Below the pieces are notes generated by a model, which worked only from the letters and a program-made list of their open reading frames with translations, was not told the DNA's origin and did not search any database. A stretch of DNA of 64,000 nt from Octopus bimaculoides (lineage: Eukaryota): contig NC_068983.1 in assembly GCF_001194135.2 (NCBI RefSeq), positions 16,458,684 through 16,522,683 of the forward strand, read 5' to 3'. The position numbers were made by a program, and so were the translations under genes. Of this stretch, positions 13,757 to 25,807 are shown piece by piece. The stretch's first letter is position 1; every line of letters starts with the position of its first letter.

Positions 13757-13891
13757 CTGCGTCTGAAGGTGGTGCCAATGTATTTGAAGTAACTTATTTC
13801 AAGACTTCAGCTTATCTTGCTCAATCACCACAACTCTACAAGCAAATGGCTATCTGCTCTGATTTTGACAAAGTATTTACAGTTGGATCAG
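13757..13891 (+). CDS. DARS1: DARS1 exon 6 of 13 ([45 protein letters not shown])
   Basis: ctatag acceptor, G|gtaagt donor; SEGGA and [10 protein letters not shown] signatures. Confidence 0.97.
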
Positions 13892-13995
13892 GTAAGTTTC
13901 ATTGCATACATAAATAACAAACATTTTGTTTTCTTTCTTCATTCTGCAAATGAAAACCAAAATATCTATTATCTTGTGAATTCATTGTTTTTTAG

Positions 13996-14027
<32 letters not shown>

Positions 14028-14131
14028 NNNNNNNNNNNNNNNNNNNNNNNTATAGGGTATGGTGAATATATTGTCATCTAAATTACTCAAAAATGAAAAT
14101 CTCATTTTAACAGCTATATTTACCAAAATTA

Positions 14132-14564
14132 CAAGACATAGAGTCTTCCAGAAGTCACCCTCTTGACATAGGGCAGCACTACCTCCTCCAAGTACTTGAT
14201 GTAGGCCTCCGTATTGAGTCTGAGGCCGTGTGGGAAGATGAATGGAGGCATAATATTGCCATCACTAGTGATCACTCCAAGCACCATGATGTTGACTGGA
14301 TGTACTGTTTCAGTACATGCACTGTCCTCAGATTGACACCCAGTCACCCTGAAATGTTCATATTGGAGCCTCTGGCATGAATGCCAAGCAGTACAGCATG
14401 TCGTTTCCAAATTTCTGGCTGAGTGAATCGCATCATGGCACTGTTTTTCTCACAGACAGTGCTCAACTGGCCCTACTATACTGCATAGTCAACAAAATCA
14501 AAAACAAACAATGCGCATGCACAAAATTAAAAAATATAAAATGACGACAATTTACCCATTACAG
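14132..14564 (-). mobile_element. Internally deleted Tc1/mariner (maT-like) element
   Basis: N-terminal HTH remnant joined to NIMVLGVITSDGNIMPPFIFPHGLRLNTEAYIKYLEEVVLP; terminal sequence near 14564. Confidence 0.75.
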
Positions 14565-14586
14565 TTCTATCTTTAAGAGATGAGGA

Positions 14587-14825
14587 ATTATGTACATTGT
14601 TTACTACAATTGACGGATATTTGTCCTCATCTTGTTTGTTGTTAACACGTTTCGGCTGATATACCCTCTAGCCTTCATCAGGTGTCTTGGGGGGAAATTT
14701 CAAACCTGGGTTCTCATTCCTAAGGTATTTTTTGATTTTATTATTATTATTCAGGTCACTGCCTGGAATCGAACTCAGAATCTTGGGGTTAGTAGCCCGC
14801 GCTCTTAACCACTACGCCATATGCC
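14587..14825 (-). mobile_element. tRNA-headed SINE with a Penelope/hammerhead-like 3' part
   Basis: A box TGGCGTAGTGG, B box GTTCGATTC, (AAT)n linker, then CTGATGAAGGCT...AGCCGAAAC. Confidence 0.7.
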
Positions 14826-15197
14826 TGTGGGCATATGAAATTTACCCATTGCACTCTATATGTGTATATATATATGATGATAATGTCTGAAAGTGGCAGC
14901 CACCCCCTGTTACCAAATAGTGTGTCGATAATGGAAAAGATATAAATTATTGTGTTCCTCATATTTTACTTGCATTCAATGTAGCAGGTGTAGGAAACAT
15001 GATGTTTATAACTATCTCCTTTTCATCAACAAGCTTAACTCTATAATAAAAATTTTCCTCCTTCTTCCCTTTTGTTTTCATGAAATTTAAGATGCAAAAT
15101 TATTTCTTTATAGTAATTTCTCTTTTTTGTGTATGTTTTTCTACCTGTAAACCAGTTTTGTGTATGTATATATATATATATATATATTATTAATTAG

Positions 15198-15345
15198 TAT
15201 TCCGGGCTGAAGATTCCAATACTCATCGGCATCTCACAGAGTTTGTGGGTCTGGATTTGGAAATGGCTTTCAAGTATCACTACCATGAGGTTGTTGATCA
15301 AATTGGTGATTTGTTTGTGGCGATTTTCAAAGGCCTTCGTGACAA
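15198..15345 (+). CDS. DARS1: DARS1 exon 7 of 13 ([25 protein letters not shown]...FKGLRD), class II motif 2
   Basis: aattag acceptor, AA|gtaagt donor; [15 protein letters not shown] motif 2. Confidence 0.97.
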
Positions 15346-16095
15346 GTAAGTTTGCTTGAACTGTGGTTGATGTTTAAAGATTTGAGGGTCAATAAAAACT
15401 GAATAAACTGTCGAGGATTCCAGCATGTTGAATATACAGCCAACACATTCTAAATCTGATACATAGGGGCAAATATGGATATGTAGATAGGGACTTTGCA
15501 CGAACAGGTATGCACATGCCTGTGTATCAGGGTGAATGTTTACTTCTGCACTTTGCATGAAATTTAATTGAAAAACATGTTAGTTAATATTTTCTAGTTC
15601 TTTACCTTCAAAAAGAAATGGAATACAAAGAATCCCCCTACTTGGAAAACAGATAAGGATTAGCAACAAGAAGGGCATCTGGCTGTAAACCAATACCTCT
15701 GTAATATGTATTCATCCAAGCCATTGGTACCATGGGAAAATGGACATAATACAAACAATTTAAATGCATAGAACAAACATAATTTAATGTTACATCATTA
15801 TATTGTTGGACTTATATTAATACATGAAGCACAGGCATGGTAGTGTAGTTGAGAAGATTGCTTTGCAACCATGGAACTGCAGGTTCAATCTCTCTGCATG
15901 GCATCATGCATAAGTGACTATTATAGACTAACCAATGCCATCTGAGTGAAAATTGTGAGATGGAAACAGTATGGAAAACTGTTGAACTATTCATTTCTCA
16001 GGAATACGTATAATGATAATTTCTTGGATTAAAAGTTCACTAATATTTTGCCAGATCTCTGTAACAGCTTTTTTTTTTTCAAACTTACTTTTCAG

Positions 16096-16164
16096 TTTTG
16101 CTGAAGAAATTGCAACTGTTCACAAACAATTTCCTGCTGAACCTTTCAAATTTTTGGAGCCAAG
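16096..16164 (+). CDS. DARS1: DARS1 exon 8 of 13 (NFAEEIATVHKQFPAEPFKFLEP)
   Basis: tttcag acceptor, AG|gtaaaa donor; phase 2/2. Confidence 0.95.
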
Positions 16165-17796
16165 GTAAAAATTATCCTTTCATACACACATTACTCGCAA
16201 AAATATTAAAACTGGTTGCTAAATGGCTAGCAAGCATGGTTTGCCATGTGTAGGGTGATGGTGGGAAAAGTTTTTTTGTAGTTATTGTTTTTTCTCTAGG
16301 ATACACTGGTAATGTTACTGAGTTGTTGACGATGTAATGCTTGATATGAATGTCAGTGTTGTTATTGTTTAACTCCAGTTCAGCTATCATAGAACAGACC
16401 TATAAGCAAAGTCATTCCAGCTTTGACCATCCCATTGTTTTTTTCCTGGGCACAGTGTATCCAAGACAATAGAATCCCATATCCAGAAGCACAGGCATTG
16501 TCTGTGTAGTAAGAAGTTTGCTTCTTAACCACATGGTCTCAACTTCAGTCTTGCTGCATGGCACCTTGAGCAAGTGCCTTCTGCTATAATCCCAGGCTGA
16601 CCAAAGCCTTGTGAGTGGATTTGAGAGGTGGAAACTGAAAAAAAGTCCATTGTATGTGTGTGTGTGTATTGTATGTATGTTACTGTCTCCTTGTCTTGAC
16701 ATCATGTTATAATTGTAAATGTATGTCTCTGTCATGCAAATGGTGTCCTTTGTTTCCAATATTCTGAGAAAACATGTCTAGCCATTTCCCATGGCCAGAC
16801 ATACCTTACTTGGAAACAGATGAGGATTGATAACAAGCAGGGCATCTGGCTGTAGAAAATCCACCTTAACAAATTCCATCTGACCAATGCAAGCATGGGA
16901 AAGTTAAATAATGGTGATGGTAACATCACCATCATTCTTTTCACAGATGTGTTTCATTCTTGCAGAGTCAATATGTTCCAGTGTAGGTTGGTGACTCGAC
17001 AGAGCTGTTAATGAATGGAGCATAATGCCTAGCAGTGTCTATTCTGGCTCTTTGCTTTTTGACAGAAATATCTGTGATGACATTGATGCTAAACTGTATT
17101 GTCTAAGTCAGCAACATTTCTTTTGAATATGCACCCATGGCGTAGAGAGGAGAGACTTAAATGAATGGGCAGCTACTACTCTTCCTAAAATATTCTTGCC
17201 AAGGCTTGCACTTGTATGTGCAGCTATAGGATCAGTCCTGACCAACAGAGACCCCTTTGCCATTCTTTTTGCAGGATGTGATCTGAAGGAAATTTGGCTG
17301 CTATTTCTGACAGGTTGAACAACGAGATAACTAGATGTGTGACTTGAAGCCATGAAAGTATCTTCAATCCTAACAGCTACTATCCCAGCATTTCATCCAT
17401 CTGTGGGCAAATTTAAAACTTCACATCAACCTATTGAATCAATTATAACTGTTTGTCAACTTGCATTTGGTATCCAAAATAAAGCATCTTTGAAATACCA
17501 CGTCATTGAATATTAAATCTATGGTTGGTGTTCATCTTCATTTTCATGCATAAGAAGGCATTATTATAATTTTTGTGAAATCTGTCCATCCATAACATAA
17601 GTTCCAGTTTGATTTGCAGCTTCCCTCTTCTCTCCCTCTGTGTAAATCTATACAAACACACCTGTATTTCTCAATGTTATCGCTAAAGACATTGGAACAA
17701 AAATATGAATCTCTATTCTGTCTACATCTCTCACTCCCGTTCCCTATCTCTATTTTTAATGACTCACGTATACAAGTACATACAGGTATATGCCAG

Positions 17797-18013
17797 TACC
17801 GCCTGACTGGCATTCGTGCCGGTGGCACGTAAAAGCACCCACTACACTCTCTGAGTGGTTGGCGTTAGGAAGGGCATCCAGCTGTAGAAACTCTGCCAGA
17901 TCAGATTGGAAGCTGGTGTTGCCATCCAGTTTCACTAGTCTTCAGTCAAATCGTCCAACCCATGCTAGCATGGAAAGCGGACGTTAAACGATGATGATGA
18001 TGATGATGATGAT
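17797..18013 (+). mobile_element. RTE LINE 3' tail (young, CpGs intact)
   Basis: Near-identical to 19845-20077, 47566-47763 and 63743-64000. Confidence 0.85.
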
Positions 18014-18444
18014 ACAAACATGACAACAGTATTATCTATCTGTGTGTATGTGTCTATGTACATACACTCATTTCTGAACATGATCGTTAAAAACATTTTG
18101 CTAACTTAAAACACAACTATTGAAAATAAAAAAATTTCTTATTTTTGAAAGTGTTAGCATTATAATTTAATTAAAATGTTTTTAGCAATCTTGTTAAGAA
18201 ATTTAGGTATATTTATCTGTGTACAGACATTCATATATACTGAGAGGCAGAAAGACATAATACTGTCGTTGTGTAAGAATGTATCCTTGTTCACATGTAT
18301 ATGCATGCATCATTATATGCAGAAAGACAAAGGAGAAAGACAGGAGAATGATGTCATATTTCATCTTCCAATATTGCAATAGGCTATTTCTTTTAAAAGT
18401 TCTATCTGCCTGCTTATCTACCTACTTACCTATCTATCACTATT

Positions 18445-18860
18445 TTTACCTTCAACTCTCACCCAATACACAAGTAACCTAGACAACTCACAGGCAGTGT
18501 CCTCATCATTTTCATTCATTTAATCATTTCAGAAAAATAGTTGAATGATTATTTTCTTAGTCGTTTTTGTATTTGTCAGTTGCTTCATAAACTAAATTCA
18601 CTCTTTAGAGACAATACATCAGAAGATCGTAATGTCCTCTATGAACGTAGATGATGTTAAAAAATTATATGTATTTTGATTTATTAAATGTTTCTTTTTT
18701 TTTAATATTGTTTTACCTTTTTCTTTTTTCTTTCTGGCATATATACCTATATTTCAATAAAGCAGATTATTACTTATTCTAGGTTTAAAACTACAGGTCG
18801 TGCATTTGTAAAAATAAAAATTATTGTTTATGAAATCACATATCTCTACTGCTTTAATAA
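18445..18860 (+). repeat. About 410 bp intronic segment, copy 1 of a direct duplication
   Basis: Colinear with 20817-21220. Confidence 0.85.
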
Positions 18861-19844
18861 AAAAAATAAAAATAAAAACTAAGCTTTATAGAATTAGTTA
18901 CATTAGTGTTAATGCTCTGACTGCAACTTCCTTTCATCCTCTTACTAAAATCAATAACTTACCATTCTATGAACAGCAATATATAAGAGAATATGAGAGA
19001 TAATACAATTCTGTCGTTAACATGGAAGTACTCTGTCACATGATTTGCTTCTCATCCAATCAGTATCTTCTAAATAGTGGAGTTTGCATATTAAAAAAAA
19101 TTTTTTTAAGAACAGTCTTTATATATTCTTAAAGACAAAATTGATTTTGATATTTAAAATACAAATGTAGAAGTATTAAGAAATGTGTAAATAAGTCTTT
19201 ATTAGCAATGTTTCTCAAAGCAAATTCAACCATAAATAATAGATTATGATAAATACCTATGCCAGCATGGAAAACCAACATTAGCTGATGATAATGACTT
19301 TGGGTAAAAAAAAAAAAAAGAAAAACCTTATGTTTATGAATTTGTTTTGCAAGATTCCTGATGTGAACTTGTGTGTTGAAACAGATATTGCTATACTTCA
19401 GAATGATCATTTTTTTTTCTTGCCAAATAAACACACACACACTATATATTCATGTTTCGCTCATTTATTATTGTTCTTATTTTGTCTTATGTTCATTATC
19501 TGGAAATCTTTTGCCACACATCTGTGACCTCTTCAGCAACTCTTCCATCCATGTGTATCCTCCTGTTCTGTTTAGTCAATTCTGTCTTTATATGATGTGT
19601 ATCCTTATCTGTGTTCTGCTTTAGAGAAGATGCATGGTTTAACTCGCACAGGTAGATTTCTGCTCTCCCCACCACCATTCAAAGTGTTTTTAACCTAAAG
19701 TATTTGTTTCATATTTTTTATTTGTTTTTCCATCCAAGCATGAATTAGGCAGGTATATTATCAAAACAGTGTTTACAGCCAGTTAGTCTTCCTGTCACTA
19801 ACCATTACCTGCTTTCTTCAAGCAACTGATCTTTTTATTCAACG

Positions 19845-20077
19845 AGCGAGATGAGCGTGGCCGTTGCCAGTACCGCCTGTCTGGCCTTCGTGCGGGTGAC
19901 ACGTAAAAGCACCCACTACACTCTCTGAGTGGTTGGCGTTAGGAAGGGCATCCGGCTGTGGAAACACTGCCAAATCAGATTGGAGCCTGGTGTAGCCATC
20001 TGGTTTCACCAGTCCTCAGTCAAATCGTCCAACCCATGCTAGCATGGAAAGCGGACGTTAAACGATGATGATGATGA
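19845..20077 (+). mobile_element. RTE LINE 3' tail
   Basis: (GAT)n tail, near-identical to 17797-18013. Confidence 0.85.
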
Positions 20078-20394
20078 CACCTTCAAAGGTGCAAAATCAA
20101 CAGATGATTCCTTGGCAAGGGAAATAACAGCAGCACCAATGCTTCCAGTGAAGTGGATTTTGCAGAAGCACAAATGTCAATGAATGTGCACACAAACATG
20201 ATGGGCCTTTTTTGTTTTGGCTTCTATCTGTCAGATTCGCTCACAAGACCTTGGTTGGCTTAGGGCTATTGTAATAAACACTTGTCCAAGGTGTTGTGCA
20301 GTGGAACTGAACCTGAAATCATGTGGTTAGGAAGAAGAAATTCTCAACGCTACGACCATGCTCATAACCTATTATTCACAGCTGAATTTGCTTC

Positions 20395-20800
20395 AAGATA
20401 TTTACTCTTTTACTTGTTTCAGTCATTTGACTGCAGCCATGCTGGAGCACCGCCTTTAGTCGAGTAAATCGACCCCAGGACTTATTCTTTGTACGCCTAG
20501 TACTTAATCTATCGGTCTCTTTTGCCAAACCGCTAAGTTACGGGGACATAAATACACCAGCATTGGTTGTCAATCGATGTTGGGGGAGACAAACACAGAC
20601 ACACAAACATATACACACACATAAATATACATATATATGACGGGCTTCTTTCAGTTTCTGTCTACCAAATCCACTCACAAGGCTTTGGTCGGCCCGAGGC
20701 TATAGTAGAAAACACTTGCCCAAGGTGTCACGCAGTCGGACTGAACCCAGAACCATGTGGTTGGTAAGCAAGCTACTTACCACACAGCCACTCCTGCGCC
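20395..20800 (-). mobile_element. Full-length tRNA-derived SINE (GGAGTGGCTGTGTGGTAAG head, (TA/TG)n middle, GAGTAAA tail)
   Basis: Same family as 23385-23745, 34258-34550, 49790-50430 and 55335-55765. Confidence 0.78.
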
Positions 20801-20816
20801 TATTGTTCATAAAAAA

Positions 20817-21220
20817 TTTACCTTCTGCTCTCACCCAATACACAAGTAGCCGAGACAACTCACAGGCACTGTCCTCATCATTTTCATTCATTTAATCATT
20901 TCAGAAAAATGATTATTTTCTTAGTCATTTTTTGTATTTGTCAATTGCTTCATGAACTAAATTCACTCTTTAGAGATAATACATCAAAAGATAGCAATAT
21001 GCTTTAAGAAAGTAGATGATGTTAAAAAATTATGTTATTTTGGTCTATTAAATGTTTCTTTTCTTTTGATATTGTTTTACCTTTTTCTTCTTTCTTTCTG
21101 GCATATATACCTATATTTCAATAAAACAACGTATTACTTATTCTAGGTTTAAAACAAAAGGTCATACATTTGTAAAAATAAAAATCATTGTCTACAAATC
21201 ATATCTCTACTATTTTAATA
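20817..21220 (+). repeat. About 400 bp intronic segment, copy 2 of a direct duplication
   Basis: Colinear with 18445-18860. Confidence 0.85.
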
Positions 21221-21379
21221 ATTCGCTTCAAGACGTTGTTCATAAAAAAAATTAGATGGTATTTCCTTACGACAGCATAAGTAAACATGGTGTTTAATTT
21301 TTACTGTCAAATAATGTGACATTGTAATTATTTTATTCTATTAAGTCTCACATTATTTTCCTCTTTTCTGACCTCACAG

Positions 21380-21500
21380 TTTGTGTCTGGAATTTCCTGA
21401 AGCTGTACAGATGTTACGAAACAATGGTATAGAAATCGGAGATGAGGATGATCTTTCAACGCCAAATGAAAAATTTCTGGGAAAACTTGTCAAAGCTAAG
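21380..21500 (+). CDS. DARS1: DARS1 exon 9 of 13 ([13 protein letters not shown]...[19 protein letters not shown])
   Basis: tcacag acceptor, AAG|gtattg donor; DDLSTPNEK motif. Confidence 0.95.
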
Positions 21501-21688
21501 GTATTGGGTATGGTTTTGTTTTGAGGTGTATTTTTTAAAATACTTAAAGATTTAATTTTCTATATTAGATTAAAATACTTGATATAACTACAAAATTATT
21601 GAATTTACTTTCACTTAAATGGTTTATTTTAATCAGTGTTAAACAATTAAAAATAATCTTTGATTATGTTAATTTACAAACTACAGCA

Positions 21689-21917
21689 TTAACCCTTTAG
21701 CATTTAAACCAGCCATATCTGGCCTAAATATTCTTCCTGTTTTATGTTCAAACCGGTCAGATTCAACCTCTCACACTTATATTTACAATATCATTCTGAA
21801 AATAAACTATCACATCACTGCAATTTTGAAGCTATGAGATAGTGCATGATTAATTTGAAACAATGTGAATGAATAAGCATTACATTTGACAGAGTAATCT
21901 AAATACTAAAAGGTTAA
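21689..21917. mobile_element. piggyBac-like MITE
   Basis: TTAA-CCCTTTAGCATTT...AAATACTAAAAGG-TTAA; relatives at about 10815-11036, 25905-26100 and 49130-49290. Confidence 0.7.
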
Positions 21918-22232
21918 ACACCAATCAAACATCAATCAGAATATATCTTTCATTTTTTAGTAAAATCAGCTAAGTTGATTTTACTTCATTCATTAGACAA
22001 AATATATTAATCATATGACTAGTTTAAGATTAAGGATTTTTTTTTCTGAATTAAAGTGAGTTTGTCGGTGAACAGGTCACGGTCTCAAAGTGACAAAAAT
22101 ATTTTGACAAATTAAATTTAAATGTTGAAGTGAATCTAACTTTTTAAAATGTTTTGTTTTATCTTCAACACTGTCTTGGATGAATAAATCTGCTTTTTCT
22201 AAACTGCTTTGTTTCTTTTCTTTCATTTCCAG

Positions 22233-22313
22233 TATGATACCGACTTTTTCATCTTGGACAAATATCCATTGGCAGTTCGACCATTCTATACGATGCCTGA
22301 TCCTCATAATAAA
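22233..22313 (+). CDS. DARS1: DARS1 exon 10 of 13 ([27 protein letters not shown])
   Basis: ttccag acceptor, AAA|gtgagt donor; [16 protein letters not shown] motif. Confidence 0.97.
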
Positions 22314-23152
22314 GTGAGTTTGTTGTTCAATTATCTTTGATCCTTGGGCCCTGTGACATTGTTATTATATATCAGTTCTGTAACCTCAATTCAACTTATG
22401 CTTCATCATTGAAATTGATGAGACAACACTTTGTGGGAACTCTGCCAGGTGGACTGCATCTGCTGTAGGGTGGTGATTGTGGCAATAGACTTCAGTACTA
22501 CTTGGTTTAATACAACCACCTGGTCTTTAAGAGCTCACTCAGCTATAAGCAATCAGAAGATAGATATACTATTTGCTACTGCAGCAACTCCATGAATCAT
22601 GATTTCCTTCTCTTTTTTTCTCCAACAAGTCTAGAAAGTTCTATGAAGATTATCAATACTTGTCTGTCTACTCTAAGGTATCAGAAAAGGAAAAAAAAAA
22701 AAGCTCCTTGTCTTCATTTTATAGTTGTTAATACATCTTAGAAAGCATGTTTCGCTACATAAGATACTCAGTAGAAGCTAGAAATCATGGACCCCACCCC
22801 ATTTCCATCTTATTTGATGCTCTAATGTAGCAACCAAAAGAAGAGCTATGTTGTTTGATATGTTATGAATAGCAGATAAATCTCCCTCAGATCACATCCT
22901 ATTATTATAAAAAGCGAAGTGGATGTGTATATCAAAGATAACATAGTCTTGGGTACATTCTATGTTGAACAAAGTCAGGATGGTCATGGCTTAAACATCT
23001 TTGATCATAAGGTCTGTTCAGTGAAGACTAACCTGAGGCTAAACAACTACATCAACTGTTGTTCATCATTGGGGATAATGAGTAAACCATGTAGCATGTG
23101 ATTTATATATAAAAATGACTTTTAATGAACTTTTTGCTTTTTCCAATTCTAG

Positions 23153-23264
23153 AAAGCTTCAAATTCGTATGACATGTTTATGCGAGGAGAAGAAATTTTA
23201 TCTGGCGCTCAGCGAATCCATGATCCTGATCTGTTGACTGAACGTGCAAAAGAACATGGAATTG
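23153..23264 (+). CDS. DARS1: DARS1 exon 11 of 13 ([37 protein letters not shown])
   Basis: ttctag acceptor, G|gtaagt donor; [22 protein letters not shown] motif. Confidence 0.97.
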
Positions 23265-24289
23265 GTAAGTTTACTGTCTCTAAAATATTCGTATATTTTT
23301 ATTTTAATAAGTGGGAATATAATGGACATATTTTATTCGTGCCATGGATATTAAATGTTGAAACGTTTAGCTATTTCATCTATTGTTTATCTTTTATTTG
23401 TTTCAGTCATTAGACTGCAGGCATGCTGGGGCCTTAAACAGTTTAGTCGAACAAGTTGTATTATTTTTTTAAAATCTGATACTTACTTTCTCAGTTTCTT
23501 TCTGCTGGACCACTAAGTTATGGAGATGTAAACAAACCAACACTGATTATCAAGCAACAGTGGGGCACAGACACACACATACAACAGGATTCTTCAAGTT
23601 TCTGTCTACTAAATCCACTCAAACAAGGCATTGGTCAGCCTGGGGCTATTGTAAAAGACATTTGCCTAAGGTGCAAAGTAGTAGAACTGAATTCAGAACC
23701 ATATGGTTGGAAAGCAAACTTCTTACCACACAGCCACACCTGTGCCTATGAACATCTAAAACATCTGGAGATGGATTCCAGAGTTAGATGGTTTTGCAAG
23801 AATTAGTAGTCTTGACAAACGTAAATTGAACCTCAGGACTATCTAAACTGCAATGATGTTACAAACTCATTGTGTCAGTTATTTAAAAGAATAAAAGATA
23901 CAAGATCCAGGCATGACCATGTGGTTGAAAAGTTTCATTCCTGTTGCTTGTCAGCTGATGTCTTTTACTATAGTTGTAGGCTGACTAATTCCTCATGAAG
24001 CCCATTGTGTGTGCACACGTCTTCCCCCTGCCTTGACATCTACATACTGATAGGAAATAAAGTCACCATAAAGTAATTACTTCATTTTTTATAAATTAAA
24101 AAAAAATAATAAGTGCATGCCCTCAGTAGGGCTTGTGGAAAGAGTTCCGTCTTCTTGACACTGAAGCTCCAAATGAGGCTCTGTCTCCAAAGGGATAAAA
24201 TAGTTTCATAAGTGGATGTTTGGTAGCAGTGAAGGAACAGGAGAGGAGGAGAAACAGTGATGACATCACCATTTCTAATGTCAACCTCT

Positions 24290-24655
24290 TTACAGATTGT
24301 ACTGCATGCTATCTCCAGGCTATCACAGGAATTTAAGACTGGCTGCCCTTGGGAGCTCCTCTGAGTTGGTGACTTCATTCTTATAACAGAATCTGTAGAA
24401 GAATTAGAAAAGAAATTCCTGGTATGGAAGCAAACCTTAGAATTAAAGGGCCTCAAAGTTAACTTTACAAAGACCAAATTTCTAGTCGGCTGGAAACAGA
24501 TAGGACTCTTGTTTCATCAGGAAAATGACCCTGCTCAATATGCAGGTAAAACTTTTAAGTGGCTTACTCAGTGCAAGCTATGGACATAAGAAATGTAGCA
24601 GAATTACAGGAAGGTTAACAGAGAAAGTAGACTTTGAATGAGATAATATCAATAG
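24290..24655 (+). mobile_element. Degenerate RTE reverse-transcriptase fragment
   Basis: EFKTGCPWELL*VGDFILITES...WKQTLELKGLKVNFTKTKFLV (decayed YADD region) plus a Cys-rich PCSICR/CKLW segment. Confidence 0.72.
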
Positions 24656-24658
24656 CTA

Positions 24659-25807
24659 TCAGGTCATCCCATAAGTTCTGTCCGATTCTACGTTTTTTTT
24701 TAAATGGAATGCAATTTAATAGTATTTTAGAATGTCTAATGGAATTAAAAATTATTTGTGCACATTTAAACTAATTCAATATTATTTTACAGAATAATAG
24801 AATTAAAATTTCTTTGATTAAAACCCTTTCTAACATGGAAGTATCCAAAGAGTATTTAAGGCACATAATGCTTTATGAGTACAAAAAAGGAAACTCTGCA
24901 GCCGAAGCGACTCGAAACATACACTCAGTTTATGGGAAAGAATGCTTGAATGAAAGAACTTGCAGAAGATGGTTTGCAAAATTCAGAAATGGAGATTTTA
25001 GCCTTGAAGATGATGATCAAACAGGATGTCCAGTTGAGTTTGATGATAAGCTCCTTGAGGCATTACTTGAAGAAAATCCTGCATTGTCAGTTGAAGAATT
25101 GGCAATAAAGCTTAGTTCAAACCATACAACTGTTCATCATCTTCAACAACTTGGAAAGGTTCCTAAACTTGGAAAATGGGTGCCTCATGAATTGTCCNNN
25201 NNNNNNNNNNNNNNNNNNNNNNNNNNNNNNNNNNNNNNNNNNNNNNNNNNNNNNNNNNNNNNNNNNNNNNNNNNNNNNNNNNNNNNNNNNNNNNNNNNNN
25301 NNNNNNNNNNNNNNNNNNNNNNNNNNNNNNNNNNNNNNNNNNNNNNNNNNNNNNNNNNNNNNNNNNNNNNNNNNNNNNNNNNNNNNNNNNNNNNNNNNNN
25401 NNNNNNNNNNNNNNNNNNNNNNNNNNNNNNNNNNNNNNNNNNNNNNNNNNNNNNNNNNNNNNNNNNNNNNNNNNNNNNNNNNNNNNNNNNNNNNNNNCTT
25501 GGTTGGAAAAAAATTCCTCATTCACCTTATTCTCCCGACCTTGCTCCTTCAGACTACCATTTGTTTCATAGTTTCCAGAATCATTTGAGGGACATAACTT
25601 CCGCAAACCAGGAGGAGGTCGAAACTGACATTTCAGAGTTCTTCGCTTTGAAACCAAAAGAATTTTACATTGATGGGATTAAAAATCTTGTAAATAGATG
25701 GAAGGAAGTCGTAGATAATCAGGAAAAGTACATTGATGATTAAATATAACATTCGATCACTTGTTTTCTTTATTCAAAATTCAGACAGAACTTATGGGAT
25801 GACCTGA
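24659..25807 (+). mobile_element. Mariner DNA transposon, complete ends
   Basis: Perfect 24-bp TIR TCAGGTCATCCCATAAGTTCTGTC, TA target duplications at 24657-58 and 25808-09. Confidence 0.95.
24835..25743 (+). CDS. Mariner transposase (middle hidden by N gap)
   Basis: MEVSKEYLRHIML start, HTH region, WVPHEL and YSPDLAPSDYHLF motifs; no stops in the visible parts. Confidence 0.85.
   Translation: MEVSKEYLRHIMLYEYKKGNSAAEATRNIHSVYGKECLNERTCRRWFAKFRNGDFSLEDDDQTGCPVEFDDKLLEALLEENPALSVEELAIKLSSNHTTVHHLQQLGKVPKLGKWVPHELSXXXXXXXXXXXXXXXXXXXXXXXXXXXXXXXXXXXXXXXXXXXXXXXXXXXXXXXXXXXXXXXXXXXXXXXXXXXXXXXXXXXXXXXXXXXXXXXXXXXXLGWKKIPHSPYSPDLAPSDYHLFHSFQNHLRDITSANQEEVETDISEFFALKPKEFYIDGIKNLVNRWKEVVDNQEKYIDD

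Noticed and set aside
14752-14825. SINE heads (also 31040-31114, 62072-62145) as tRNA genes
   Set aside because: A and B boxes are present but there is no complete cloverleaf, and each continues into a repeat body.
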